Of a DNA stretch of 64,000 nucleotides, positions 1 to 8,217 are shown one piece after another. The DNA comes from Candidatus Flemingiibacterium sp. GTDB taxonomy: Bacteria; Bacillota; Clostridia; Oscillospirales; CAG-272. The stretch's first letter is position 1. Each line of letters begins with the position of its first letter. A program made the translations under genes and the position numbers. Under the pieces are notes generated by a model that worked only from the letters and a program-made list of their open reading frames with translations, was not told the DNA's origin and searched no databases. Where the stretch lies: assembly GCA_045579745.1 (NCBI GenBank), contig JAZNMQ010000024.1, positions 14,612 through 78,611 of the forward strand, written 5' to 3'.

Positions 1-768
1 TTTTTACAGGTACATTTTGCGTCGGCGGCTCTCGGGAAGCAGGTTCAGGTAAATGTTGTGCTTCCACAGCTTCCGTATAAAAAAGATCGCGGCGAGCTTT
101 CGTCCTACACCTATCCCACGCTTTATCTGCTCCACGGGGCAAGCGATGATAACACGATGTGGGAACGCCGCACCTCAATTGAGCGTTACGCCTCGGACAG
201 AGGCATCGCTGTTGTCATGCCCAATGCCGACCTTTCATGGTATTGCGATATGAAGACCGGCGGCGGCAACTATTTCACATACATTTCCGAGGAGCTCCCG
301 GCAGTTTGCCGCGAATTTTTCCCTCACATGTCAACAAAGCGCGAGGAAACGTTCATCGCAGGCCTTTCAATGGGTGGCTATGGAGCAACAAAAATCGCAC
401 TCCGCCATCCCGAAACCTTCAGTCATGTTATAACTCTGTCAGGTGCGCTTGACCTTACATACGCGTTTAACCGTCATCAAAGACACGCCATCGACATTTT
501 CGGTGAAACGGAAAGTGCATTTGGCGGCGAGGATGATGTTTTTGCGCTCGCAGAACGCTTCCCGAAGGACGGCTCACAAATAATGCCGAAATTTTTCGCC
601 TGGTGCGGAACGGAGGACTCCTTTATCACCGACAACCGAAGATTCCGCGAAGTATTGGAGAATAACGGCTTCGACGTCACATATTACGAGAGCGAAGGCA
701 CTCACTCCTGGGAATATTGGGACAAATGGATTCTCAAAGGCCTCGAGTGGCTTCCGATAAACAAATAA
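1..768 (+). CDS. Esterase-family serine hydrolase (esterase D / tributyrin-esterase-like); 5' end cut by the window edge
   Basis: Frame 1 is open from nt 1 (FLQVHFASAALGKQVQVNVVLPQ...) into the 58..768 ORF. Motifs seen: LLHGA, the GLSMGGYGA nucleophile elbow, and a C-terminal GTHSWEYW histidine. Confidence 0.8.
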   Translation, partial: FLQVHFASAALGKQVQVNVVLPQLPYKKDRGELSSYTYPTLYLLHGASDDNTMWERRTSIERYASDRGIAVVMPNADLSWYCDMKTGGGNYFTYISEELPAVCREFFPHMSTKREETFIAGLSMGGYGATKIALRHPETFSHVITLSGALDLTYAFNRHQRHAIDIFGETESAFGGEDDVFALAERFPKDGSQIMPKFFAWCGTEDSFITDNRRFREVLENNGFDVTYYESEGTHSWEYWDKWILKGLEWLPINK

Positions 769-781
769 AATTATAGCGGAG

Positions 782-823
782 CATAAAGGAGCTGTTGCAC
801 TTAGGTGCAACAGCTCCTTTATG
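782..823. terminator. Perfect 18-19 bp hairpin between convergent genes; T-run on the + side
   Basis: ATAAAGGAGCTGTTGCAC (783-800), loop TTAG, GTGCAACAGCTCCTTTAT (805-822), followed by tatttttta. It sits 15 nt after the esterase stop and 12 nt before the stop of the minus-strand gene. Confidence 0.8.
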
Positions 824-834
824 TATTTTTTATA

Positions 835-1896
835 TCAGTTGAATGTGCCGAGCTTCTTTACCTCAGCAACGATCTGCTTCATTGTGTCAAGTGTAACGTC
901 ATTGGGGATGGAATGGTCAGACGCGAAGATGTAACCGCCATTTTCCTTGAGAATCGGCAATTTTTCTCTGATCTCTGCGAGAATCGCATCTGTATCCTTC
1001 CAGATAGCCGCGTTGGTGCCGCCGTGAATTACGATCTTGTCGCCGTATTCCTTTTTAACCTTATATGCATCCATGCCTGCCTTGACCTCGAGCGGATTGA
1101 GGCAGTCAAAGCCCGAATCGATGACATCAGGCAGAAGCTTCATGATATTGCCGCAGGAGTGGAGATATGCGTAAATATCGCGGTCATGCGCCCACTTTAC
1201 GAATCTCTTGTGATACGGCTGAATAAGCTCTTTGTATATGTCATTTGAGAAGAATGCGGTTCCCTTGTAACCCATATCATCGTAAATGAACGCTTCGTCG
1301 AAATGATAACCTGCATCCCAAATGCGCTCATAGAGAACTCTGTTGCAGTTATAGAGCGTATCGAACATATCGGTGAGCAGCTCAGGCTCCTCGATCATTG
1401 CGATAAGCAGATTTTCAGTACCCATCATATGCGAATGAGTAATATCAAAGCCGAACCAGAAGCATACGCGTATCCAATGACCGTCAGCTCTCCACTTGTC
1501 AAAATTGTTTTTGATCCAATCCCACGGAATACGGTCGTCATCGACAGTAACCCTTGCCTTAGCATCTATCCACGCTTTTGCGTCGGTTACCTTGAAGTCG
1601 AGCATTTCAGGAGTTGAATCCTCCTCCTTGAATTCCTTGATTGTAGTGCCCCAGTTCGTCGTTTTGATTCTGTATCTGTCAGTTTCCTCAATAATTTTTG
1701 ATTCAAATCTCGGGCTGACATCAACATTGATGGTGGTAGTTTTATCAACGCCGAAATAATCGCGCCAGTCCGCATCATTTGGCATTCCCTCGCGCTTCCA
1801 GCGGCGAATCGTTCCTGCCCAGGGATTATCGACTATCGGAACACGGTCAGTTTCTTTATGCTCGTATGTACGTTTGATTCTCTCATGTGAATTCAT
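835..1896 (-). CDS. Uroporphyrinogen-decarboxylase (URO-D) / MtaA-like family protein, function unknown
   Basis: 353 aa. N-terminal ERIKRTYEHKETDRVP, an LHSCGN (H-x-C) motif, KKEYGDKIVIHGG and GGYIFASDHSIPNDV are typical of the URO-D/MT2-like TIM-barrel family. SD ggagc is upstream of the ATG. Confidence 0.7.
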   Translation of the reverse strand: MNSHERIKRTYEHKETDRVPIVDNPWAGTIRRWKREGMPNDADWRDYFGVDKTTTINVDVSPRFESKIIEETDRYRIKTTNWGTTIKEFKEEDSTPEMLDFKVTDAKAWIDAKARVTVDDDRIPWDWIKNNFDKWRADGHWIRVCFWFGFDITHSHMMGTENLLIAMIEEPELLTDMFDTLYNCNRVLYERIWDAGYHFDEAFIYDDMGYKGTAFFSNDIYKELIQPYHKRFVKWAHDRDIYAYLHSCGNIMKLLPDVIDSGFDCLNPLEVKAGMDAYKVKKEYGDKIVIHGGTNAAIWKDTDAILAEIREKLPILKENGGYIFASDHSIPNDVTLDTMKQIVAEVKKLGTFN

Positions 1897-2007
1897 AGAA
1901 ATAGCTCCTTACTCTATTAATATTCAGGTGATTTAATCATAGCATATAGCATAATTTATGTCAAGAGAAATTTTACAATTCGAGGCTTCATTTTGTAATT
2001 TATTTTG

Positions 2008-2036
2008 TTGACAACATATTCCACGTATGCTATAAT
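2008..2036 (+). promoter_or_regulatory. Consensus sigma-A type promoter for araA
   Basis: TTGACA (2008-2013), 17-nt spacer, TATAAT (2031-2036); 55 nt upstream of the araA ATG, which has SD aaaggaa. Confidence 0.7.
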
Positions 2037-2090
2037 GAAAATCAGATATAAGCTTATTCATCAACTAAAAAAGCGGAAAGGAATTATATT

Positions 2091-3551
2091 ATGAAGCTTT
2101 ATTTTATCATCGGAAGTCAGGACCTTTACGGTGCTGAAACGCTCGCTCAGGCTGAAAAGGACGGCTTTGCGATTGCGTCCTACCTTAATGAAAAGCTCGG
2201 AAATGTCGATGTCGAGGCTCTGCCTATCGTTCAGACCGCAGCAGGCGCAGAGGATGCCATCCGTACTGCATGCAATGATAAGAGCTGCATCGGAGTTATT
2301 CTTTGGATGCACACCTTCTCTCCTGCAAAAATGTGGATTCGCGCACTCGAGCAGCTTGATAAGCCCATGCTCCATCTCCACACTCAGTATAACGAAAAGC
2401 TCCCATATGAAAGCATCGACATGGATTTCATGAACCTCAATCAGTCGGCGCACGGTGACCGCGAATTCGGCTTCATCTGCACAAGACTAAAGGTTCGCCG
2501 CGAGGTCGTTGTCGGCTACTATAAGAATGAATCCGTACTGACTCAGATCCGTAAATTCGCCGATGTTGCCAACGCTGTTGCATTCGGTAAGGGAATGCGC
2601 GTTGCAATGCTCGGAAGCAACATGCGCGATGTTGCGGTTACAGACGGTGACCGCGTTGAAAGCGAAATCAAGTACGGTTGGAATGTCAATTACTATGGCA
2701 TCGGCGATGTTGCTGCACTCGCAAATGAGGTAACCGACTCCGAGGTTGACGCTAAGCTCTCTGAATACAACGAAAAATACGAGCTTGCTACCGATAATCT
2801 TTGCGCTGTCCGTGAGCAGGCAAAATACGAAATCGCACTTGAGAAATTCATCGCACGCGAAAATGTTTCTGCATTTACCGACACCTTCCAGGACCTTCAC
2901 GGTCTTGCACAGCTCCCGGGAATCGCAGTTCAGAACCTAATGGCAAAGGGCATCGGCTTCGGTCCTGAGGGCGACTACAAGACATCTGCGCTGAATGCAG
3001 TTCTCTTTAAAATGGCTGAAAACCGTAGCGGCTCGACAGGCTTCATGGAGGATTACACCTACGACCTCACCGAGGGCGAGGAGCTTGAGCTTGCGGCTCA
3101 CATGCTCGAGGTTTCCCCCGTGTTTGCATCCGAAAAGCCTAAGATTGAAGTTCATCCGCTCGGAATCGGAGGAAAGGCTGACCCTGCCCGTTTGGTATTC
3201 GACGGAATCGAGGGCGACGGAATCGCGGTATCAATGATCGACCTTGGCGACCGCTTCAGACTTATCTGTGCTGAAATCGAATTGATAAAGCAGCCAAAGC
3301 CTATGCCTAAGCTTCCTGTCGCAAGACTTATGTGGAAATTAAAGCCCGACTTCAACACCGGTGCGGCTGCCTGGATTTATGCAGGCGGCGCTCACCACGC
3401 TGTTGTTTCGACAGCTCTTACCACCGATGATATCCGCTTGTTTGCAAAGATGACCGGCACCGAGCTTGTTATCATCGACGACAAGACAGAGCTTTCCTCT
3501 TTTGAAGCAAATCTTGAAATGCTTGATCTCATGAGCAAGCTCAGAAAGTAA
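2091..3551 (+). CDS. araA: L-arabinose isomerase
   Basis: 486 aa. N-terminal FIIGSQDLYGAETL, then HGDREFGFI and a C-terminal AAWIYAGGAHH, characteristic of AraA. Followed by a ribulokinase-like gene and araD. Confidence 0.9.
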   Translation: MKLYFIIGSQDLYGAETLAQAEKDGFAIASYLNEKLGNVDVEALPIVQTAAGAEDAIRTACNDKSCIGVILWMHTFSPAKMWIRALEQLDKPMLHLHTQYNEKLPYESIDMDFMNLNQSAHGDREFGFICTRLKVRREVVVGYYKNESVLTQIRKFADVANAVAFGKGMRVAMLGSNMRDVAVTDGDRVESEIKYGWNVNYYGIGDVAALANEVTDSEVDAKLSEYNEKYELATDNLCAVREQAKYEIALEKFIARENVSAFTDTFQDLHGLAQLPGIAVQNLMAKGIGFGPEGDYKTSALNAVLFKMAENRSGSTGFMEDYTYDLTEGEELELAAHMLEVSPVFASEKPKIEVHPLGIGGKADPARLVFDGIEGDGIAVSMIDLGDRFRLICAEIELIKQPKPMPKLPVARLMWKLKPDFNTGAAAWIYAGGAHHAVVSTALTTDDIRLFAKMTGTELVIIDDKTELSSFEANLEMLDLMSKLRK

Positions 3552-3581
3552 TAATAAACCTCAAAAAACCATCACTTTGCG

Positions 3582-3611
3582 GCAGAACATCGGTGTCAAC
3601 CGATGTTCTGC
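3582..3611 (+). promoter_or_regulatory. 13-bp intercistronic stem-loop between araA and araB, with no U-tract
   Basis: GCAGAACATCGGT / loop GTCA / ACCGATGTTCTGC, followed by tacatataaa. Confidence 0.5.
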
Positions 3612-3641
3612 TACATATAAATCAGAAAGGTGGTCAAATAT

Positions 3642-5204
3642 ATGACCAAACAAATCGATACAACAAAAACCTATCTCGGCATTGAATTCGGTTCAACACG
3701 CATCAAAGCCGTGCTGATCGATGACAGCTATAATATTGTTGCAAGCAGTGCATTTGATTGGGAAAATCAGCTTGTGGACGGATATTGGACCTACTCGCTC
3801 GATCTTATCCACGATGGCATCCGCGCATGCTTCGCCTCACTTCAGGAGGATTTCAAAAGCCGCTATGGCACACCGATTACCGAAATCGGTGCTATGGGCT
3901 TCTCGGGAATGATGCACGGCTATCTTGCGTTCGACGCGGAGGATAATCTTCTCGTTCCTTTCCGAACATGGCGTAACACTACAACCGCTAAAGCGGCAGA
4001 GGTGCTGTCCGAGAAATTCCACTTCAACATTCCTCAGCGTTGGAGCATTGCACATCTTTATCAGGCAATGCTGAACGGTGAGGCGCACGTCACAAAAATT
4101 GCACATATTACAACAATCGCAGGATACATACATTATCTCTTATCGGGTCGCCACGAGGTCGGCATAGGCGAGGCTTCGGGTATCTTCCCGATTGAAAACG
4201 GAGCTTATTCCGAGCCTATGTTAAAGAGCTTCGATGAGCTTTCAGAGGACATGCCGTGGGATCTGCGAAACCTGCTCCCCGAGATCAGATGCGCAGGCGA
4301 GAGCGGTGCCTATCTCACTGCAGAGGGCGCGAAATTCCTTGACCCTACGGGTGCATTAAATCCCGGCGTTCCGCTCTGTCCTCCCGAGGGTGACGGCCCT
4401 ACCGGAATGACTGCCACAAATGCTGTTGCACCGGGTACGGGTAATATTTCTGCAGGAACATCGGTATTCTCCATGCTCGTGCTGTCAAAGCCGCTTGACG
4501 GAATCTATCCTGAGATCGATATTATCACGACTCCCGAGGGATATCCGACCGCAATGGTTCACAGCAACAACGGATGCTCTGAGCTCGATGCTATAGTTAA
4601 GAACTTTATCGAATTTGCACAGCTTTCAGGCAATCCCATATCAAAATCCGATTGCTATGAGCTGCTGTATCGCAACGCAATGTCAGGCGATGCAGACTGC
4701 GGCGGCGTTGTTTCCTACAACTTCCTTGCAGGCGAGCCCGTAGCAGGTGTCGAGAAGGCTTGCCCTCTTACATTCCGCACTCAGGACAGCGAGCCGACGC
4801 TTGCAAACGTAATCCGCTCTCAGCTTTACGCTTCTATTGCTTCAATTAAGCTCGGAATGGATATGCTGTCCGAAAACGAAAAAATTGAAGTTAATATGAT
4901 CAAGGCACACGGAGGACTGTTCAAGGTCAAGGGCGTAGCTCAGCAAATTCTTGCCGATGCTCTCGATACTCCTATCTCTACCGAAGCTACAGCAGGCGAG
5001 GGCGGAGCTTGGGGAATGGCGCTTCTTGCAGCCTACATGATAAAGAAGCAGCAACAAACTCTTGGCGAATGGCTCGAGTCTGAGGTCTTCGCAGGTCAGG
5101 AATCGCTCGTATTAAACCCCACAAAGGAAGGCCGCGATGGCTTTAATGAGTACATCAAGCGCTATAAGTCGGGCATTTCTATGTTCAGCGGACTTAATAA
5201 ATAA
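3642..5204 (+). CDS. araB: FGGY-family sugar kinase, probable L-ribulokinase
   Basis: TYLGIEFGSTRIKAVL is an FGGY N-terminal motif. Length is about 520 aa and the gene lies between araA and araD. The ORF track starts at GTG 3630, but ATG 3642 sits 8 nt after SD gaaaggtgg and is preferred. Confidence 0.75.
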   Translation: MTKQIDTTKTYLGIEFGSTRIKAVLIDDSYNIVASSAFDWENQLVDGYWTYSLDLIHDGIRACFASLQEDFKSRYGTPITEIGAMGFSGMMHGYLAFDAEDNLLVPFRTWRNTTTAKAAEVLSEKFHFNIPQRWSIAHLYQAMLNGEAHVTKIAHITTIAGYIHYLLSGRHEVGIGEASGIFPIENGAYSEPMLKSFDELSEDMPWDLRNLLPEIRCAGESGAYLTAEGAKFLDPTGALNPGVPLCPPEGDGPTGMTATNAVAPGTGNISAGTSVFSMLVLSKPLDGIYPEIDIITTPEGYPTAMVHSNNGCSELDAIVKNFIEFAQLSGNPISKSDCYELLYRNAMSGDADCGGVVSYNFLAGEPVAGVEKACPLTFRTQDSEPTLANVIRSQLYASIASIKLGMDMLSENEKIEVNMIKAHGGLFKVKGVAQQILADALDTPISTEATAGEGGAWGMALLAAYMIKKQQQTLGEWLESEVFAGQESLVLNPTKEGRDGFNEYIKRYKSGISMFSGLNK

Positions 5205-5211
5205 TCTTTTA

Positions 5212-5283
5212 CGGCTTGCTTCATTGCAAGTCGGCAAACATACCGCCCGATCGGGCAGAAAGGCAGACCTGCTTTTGCAGGTC
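5212..5283 (+). promoter_or_regulatory. Three short consecutive stem-loops / palindromes in the araB-araD spacer
   Basis: CGGCTTGC..GCAAGTCG (5212-5233), palindrome GCCCGATCGGGC (5245-5256), and GACCTGC tttt GCAGGTC (5266-5283). Confidence 0.4.
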
Positions 5284-5293
5284 GTGAGCAAAT

Positions 5294-5992
5294 ATGCTTG
5301 AAGAATTAAAAAAAGAGGTGCTTGAAGCTAACCTCCTACTTCCGAAATACGAGCTTGTCACATTCACTTGGGGAAATGTTTCCGCAATTGACCGCGAAAG
5401 ATCACTCGTGGTAATAAAGCCGTCCGGTGTAAACTATGACGAGCTTAAAAGCGAGGATATGGTAGTTGTCGACCTTGAAAGCGGCAGAGTGGTTGAGGGA
5501 AGATACAAGCCGTCAAGCGACACTCCGACACATCTCGCATTATATCGCGCATTTGAAAATGTCGGCGGAATCGTTCATACTCACAGCACAAATGCTACTG
5601 CATTTGCACAAGCCGGAGCCGGACTTATACCGCTCGGAACAACTCACGGCGACTACTTCTACGGTGAAATTCCCTGTACACGCGCTATGACCGACGCCGA
5701 GATAAACGGAGAATACGAAAAAGAAACGGGAAATGTAATTATTGAAACCTTTAAGGGCATTGACCCGCTTTCAATTCCGGGCGTGCTCGTCAAGAGCCAC
5801 GGCCCATTCTCGTGGGGAAAGGACGCTATGGAGGCTGTTCACAACTCTGTTGTAATGGAAGAAATAGCGAAGATGAATTTCCGCTCGATTCTCATAAATC
5901 CCGAAATCGGACACATGCAGCAGGTGCTTCTCGATAAGCATTTTCTTCGCAAGCACGGAGCTAATGCGTATTATGGGCAGGATACAAAATAA
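5294..5992 (+). CDS. araD: L-ribulose-5-phosphate 4-epimerase
   Basis: 232 aa. [28 protein letters not shown] and GGIVHTHS are class II aldolase/AraD motifs. Confidence 0.9.
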   Translation: MLEELKKEVLEANLLLPKYELVTFTWGNVSAIDRERSLVVIKPSGVNYDELKSEDMVVVDLESGRVVEGRYKPSSDTPTHLALYRAFENVGGIVHTHSTNATAFAQAGAGLIPLGTTHGDYFYGEIPCTRAMTDAEINGEYEKETGNVIIETFKGIDPLSIPGVLVKSHGPFSWGKDAMEAVHNSVVMEEIAKMNFRSILINPEIGHMQQVLLDKHFLRKHGANAYYGQDTK

Positions 5993-6023
5993 TATCCGTC
6001 AGCATTGAGGAGGTATTATCGAA

Positions 6024-7091
6024 ATGACTTCTAAAGAAAGAATTCGCGCCGCAGTTGCGCACAAAAAGACCGATATTATTCCGGCCAACTTTGAATGCGT
6101 CGGAAATGTCATGGAAAGACTCAAGGCGCATTTTGGATACGAGGACGACGAGCAGGTCAGAGTTCGTCTTGGCTCTGACATACGCGGTATTACTCCCACT
6201 TATATCGGACCCGAGCGCAAGGGCTATAAGGATGCAAAGGGTAATTCCGTTTGGGTTGGTCATTGGGGCGACCGTCACCGCGTCCACTTTAACGGAAAAA
6301 GCCGCGAGAGCATCCCATGCGATTTCCCGCTTGACAGCATCAACACCATTGAGGGACTAAAAAACTATCCGTGGCCTCGAACAGAATGGTTTGACTACGA
6401 AAGCATCAAGCGTCAATGCGACAAATACAAGGATAAAGCAATAACTATCGGCTATGACGGCCCGTTCCAGATCGCAACGCATATTCGCAGTATGGATAAG
6501 CTCCTTATGGATATGGTTCTCGAGCCGGATTACGCGCATTATCTATTTGATCGCATGGTTGAATTTGAGCTTGAGCATTACGAAAAGATGCTCATTGCCG
6601 CTGACGGACAGATTGATATTTTAAAATGCTGCGACGATTACGGAACACAGCGCGGGCTGCTGTTCGGAGTTGACTTGTGGGAAGAGTATTTTGAAGAAAA
6701 TACAAAAAAGCTTGTTGATCTTGCTCACAGCTATGGCGCAATGTTTCATCAGCATTCCTGCGGTTCTATGGAACCTATGATACCCGGACTTATCAACTGC
6801 AAAATAGATATTCTTGAACCGCTTCAAAAGCTTCCCGGAATGGAGCATGACATGCTCAAGAAAGAGTACGGCGACAAGGTAACCTTCCTCGGTGGAATAG
6901 ATACTCAGACAATTCTCCCGTTCGGATCTCCGGAGGAGGTTTACAACGAAACCAAGCAGGTCATCTCAACTCTCGGCAAGGATGGCGGATACATCCTCAT
7001 GGCGAGTCAGTCGTTTGAATCTGATGTGCCCGTTGAAAATATTCTCGCAATGTACAGCGTTCGCGATCCCTCGCTTTGGAGTAAGCAATAA
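6024..7091 (+). CDS. URO-D / MtaA-like family protein, fourth gene of the ara operon
   Basis: 355 aa. ERIRAAVAHKKTDIIP, QHSCGS (H-x-C), KKEYGDKVTFLGG and GGYILMASQS. SD gaggagg (6007-6013) lies 10 nt before the ATG and only 31 nt after the araD stop. A strong terminator follows. Confidence 0.7.
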   Translation: MTSKERIRAAVAHKKTDIIPANFECVGNVMERLKAHFGYEDDEQVRVRLGSDIRGITPTYIGPERKGYKDAKGNSVWVGHWGDRHRVHFNGKSRESIPCDFPLDSINTIEGLKNYPWPRTEWFDYESIKRQCDKYKDKAITIGYDGPFQIATHIRSMDKLLMDMVLEPDYAHYLFDRMVEFELEHYEKMLIAADGQIDILKCCDDYGTQRGLLFGVDLWEEYFEENTKKLVDLAHSYGAMFHQHSCGSMEPMIPGLINCKIDILEPLQKLPGMEHDMLKKEYGDKVTFLGGIDTQTILPFGSPEEVYNETKQVISTLGKDGGYILMASQSFESDVPVENILAMYSVRDPSLWSKQ

Positions 7092-7097
7092 AAAATC

Positions 7098-7135
7098 AGC
7101 GTACCCTCGCAGGCTTTGGCTTGCAAGGGTACGCT
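7098..7135. terminator. Bidirectional rho-independent terminator
   Basis: AGCGTACCCTCGCAGGC tttg GCTTGCAAGGGTACGCT (17 bp, one mismatch, one G-U), flanked by aaaaat on the left and ttttta on the right. It lies between convergent genes ending at 7091 and 7151. Confidence 0.85.
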
Positions 7136-7150
7136 TTTTATATTTCGTTA

Positions 7151-8188
7151 TTATTTCTTATTTCCGTTCTGGAAGATGAAGTCAGGAAGTTTTTCATTAA
7201 AGAGCATATACTGCTTGAGGTAAGGCTTGCCGTACTCCTCGGCGGAATTAATATATTCGGAATTTTCAAGCTCCTCATCTGTAACTGCAAGACCTTCGAG
7301 CTCGGCAATCGCCTGAGCGGCAAGGTACATGAGCGCGTTTTCATTATATACTGTCATGTTTGCTTCAATATACGCATCCATTGTTTTGAAGCCCTGCGCA
7401 AGGATCATCTCCTCACCGGTCATTCCGTAATACATCATAGCGAAATCGTCCTGCTGCTTCAAATCGTAATTGATAACATAATCAAGCACGCTCTGAGGAA
7501 TCGATTCGCATGTAGCCTCACCGATGATCTCGGTAAAGAACATAAATTTCTGTCTGTCAGAAAGCCAGTCCTTGATATCTTCGAGCATTTCTTCCTTGGT
7601 GTTAAATCCGTACTCCTTGGCAACCTCGTCATTGAGCGCCATGATATCGCCCTCGATATAATTGATTGTGGTAACAAAAACAGCGTCCTTGCCATTTAAT
7701 TCCTCATTGCCGTAATCTTCAGGGAAGGTAACCTCTACATTAAAGGTTTCGCCCGGATTGTGACCGATTAACTGTTCAAGGAAATCGTCGATGTAAGCTG
7801 TAACACCGATTGTAACCACTGTTCCCTGACCCATTGTTGTTCCGCCCTCAAACTCAACACCGTCTATCGAGCCGACATAATCGATATTAACCGTATCGCC
7901 GTCCTCAACCGCTCTGTCCTTAATCTGCTCATATTGACCGAGCGATTCCATAATACCGTCAACCTGCTCCTGAATAGCCTCCTCGGTTACCTCCTCAAGC
8001 GATGCGTCAACATCAATGCCCTTATACTCAGGCAGAGTTACAATTTCCGAGGCTTTTACTCCCTTAAAAAAGCCATCCTTATCAAGTCCTGTGCTGTAGG
8101 TGAATTCTTCCTCTTTTCCGCAGGAAGCAAGTGCTGTTCCCAAAATCACAGCAGTAGCAAGTGCAACAATTCTTTTTGAGGTTTTCAT
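7151..8188 (-). CDS. Lipoprotein with trigger-factor-like FKBP-type PPIase and C-terminal chaperone domains
   Basis: Signal peptide plus lipobox (ALATAVILGTALASC). The PPIase core DGDTVNIDYVGSIDGVEFEGG...FLEQLIGHNPGETFNVEVTFPEDYGNEELNGKDAVF closely resembles trigger factor. Start set at ATG 8188 (SD ggaga); the ORF track starts at 8200. Confidence 0.75.
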   Translation of the reverse strand: MKTSKRIVALATAVILGTALASCGKEEEFTYSTGLDKDGFFKGVKASEIVTLPEYKGIDVDASLEEVTEEAIQEQVDGIMESLGQYEQIKDRAVEDGDTVNIDYVGSIDGVEFEGGTTMGQGTVVTIGVTAYIDDFLEQLIGHNPGETFNVEVTFPEDYGNEELNGKDAVFVTTINYIEGDIMALNDEVAKEYGFNTKEEMLEDIKDWLSDRQKFMFFTEIIGEATCESIPQSVLDYVINYDLKQQDDFAMMYYGMTGEEMILAQGFKTMDAYIEANMTVYNENALMYLAAQAIAELEGLAVTDEELENSEYINSAEEYGKPYLKQYMLFNEKLPDFIFQNGNKK

Positions 8189-8217
8189 GTTATTCTCCAT
8201 TCTTTTATTAGTTTATA

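Noticed and set aside
1939-1955. Tandem ATAGCAT-ATAGCAT repeat, and a search for an AraR-type operator in the ara divergent region (1897-2090).
   Set aside because: The repeat is only 2 x 7 nt in AT-rich DNA. I could not find a convincing palindromic GntR/AraR-like box, and no regulator gene is in the window, so no operator is claimed.
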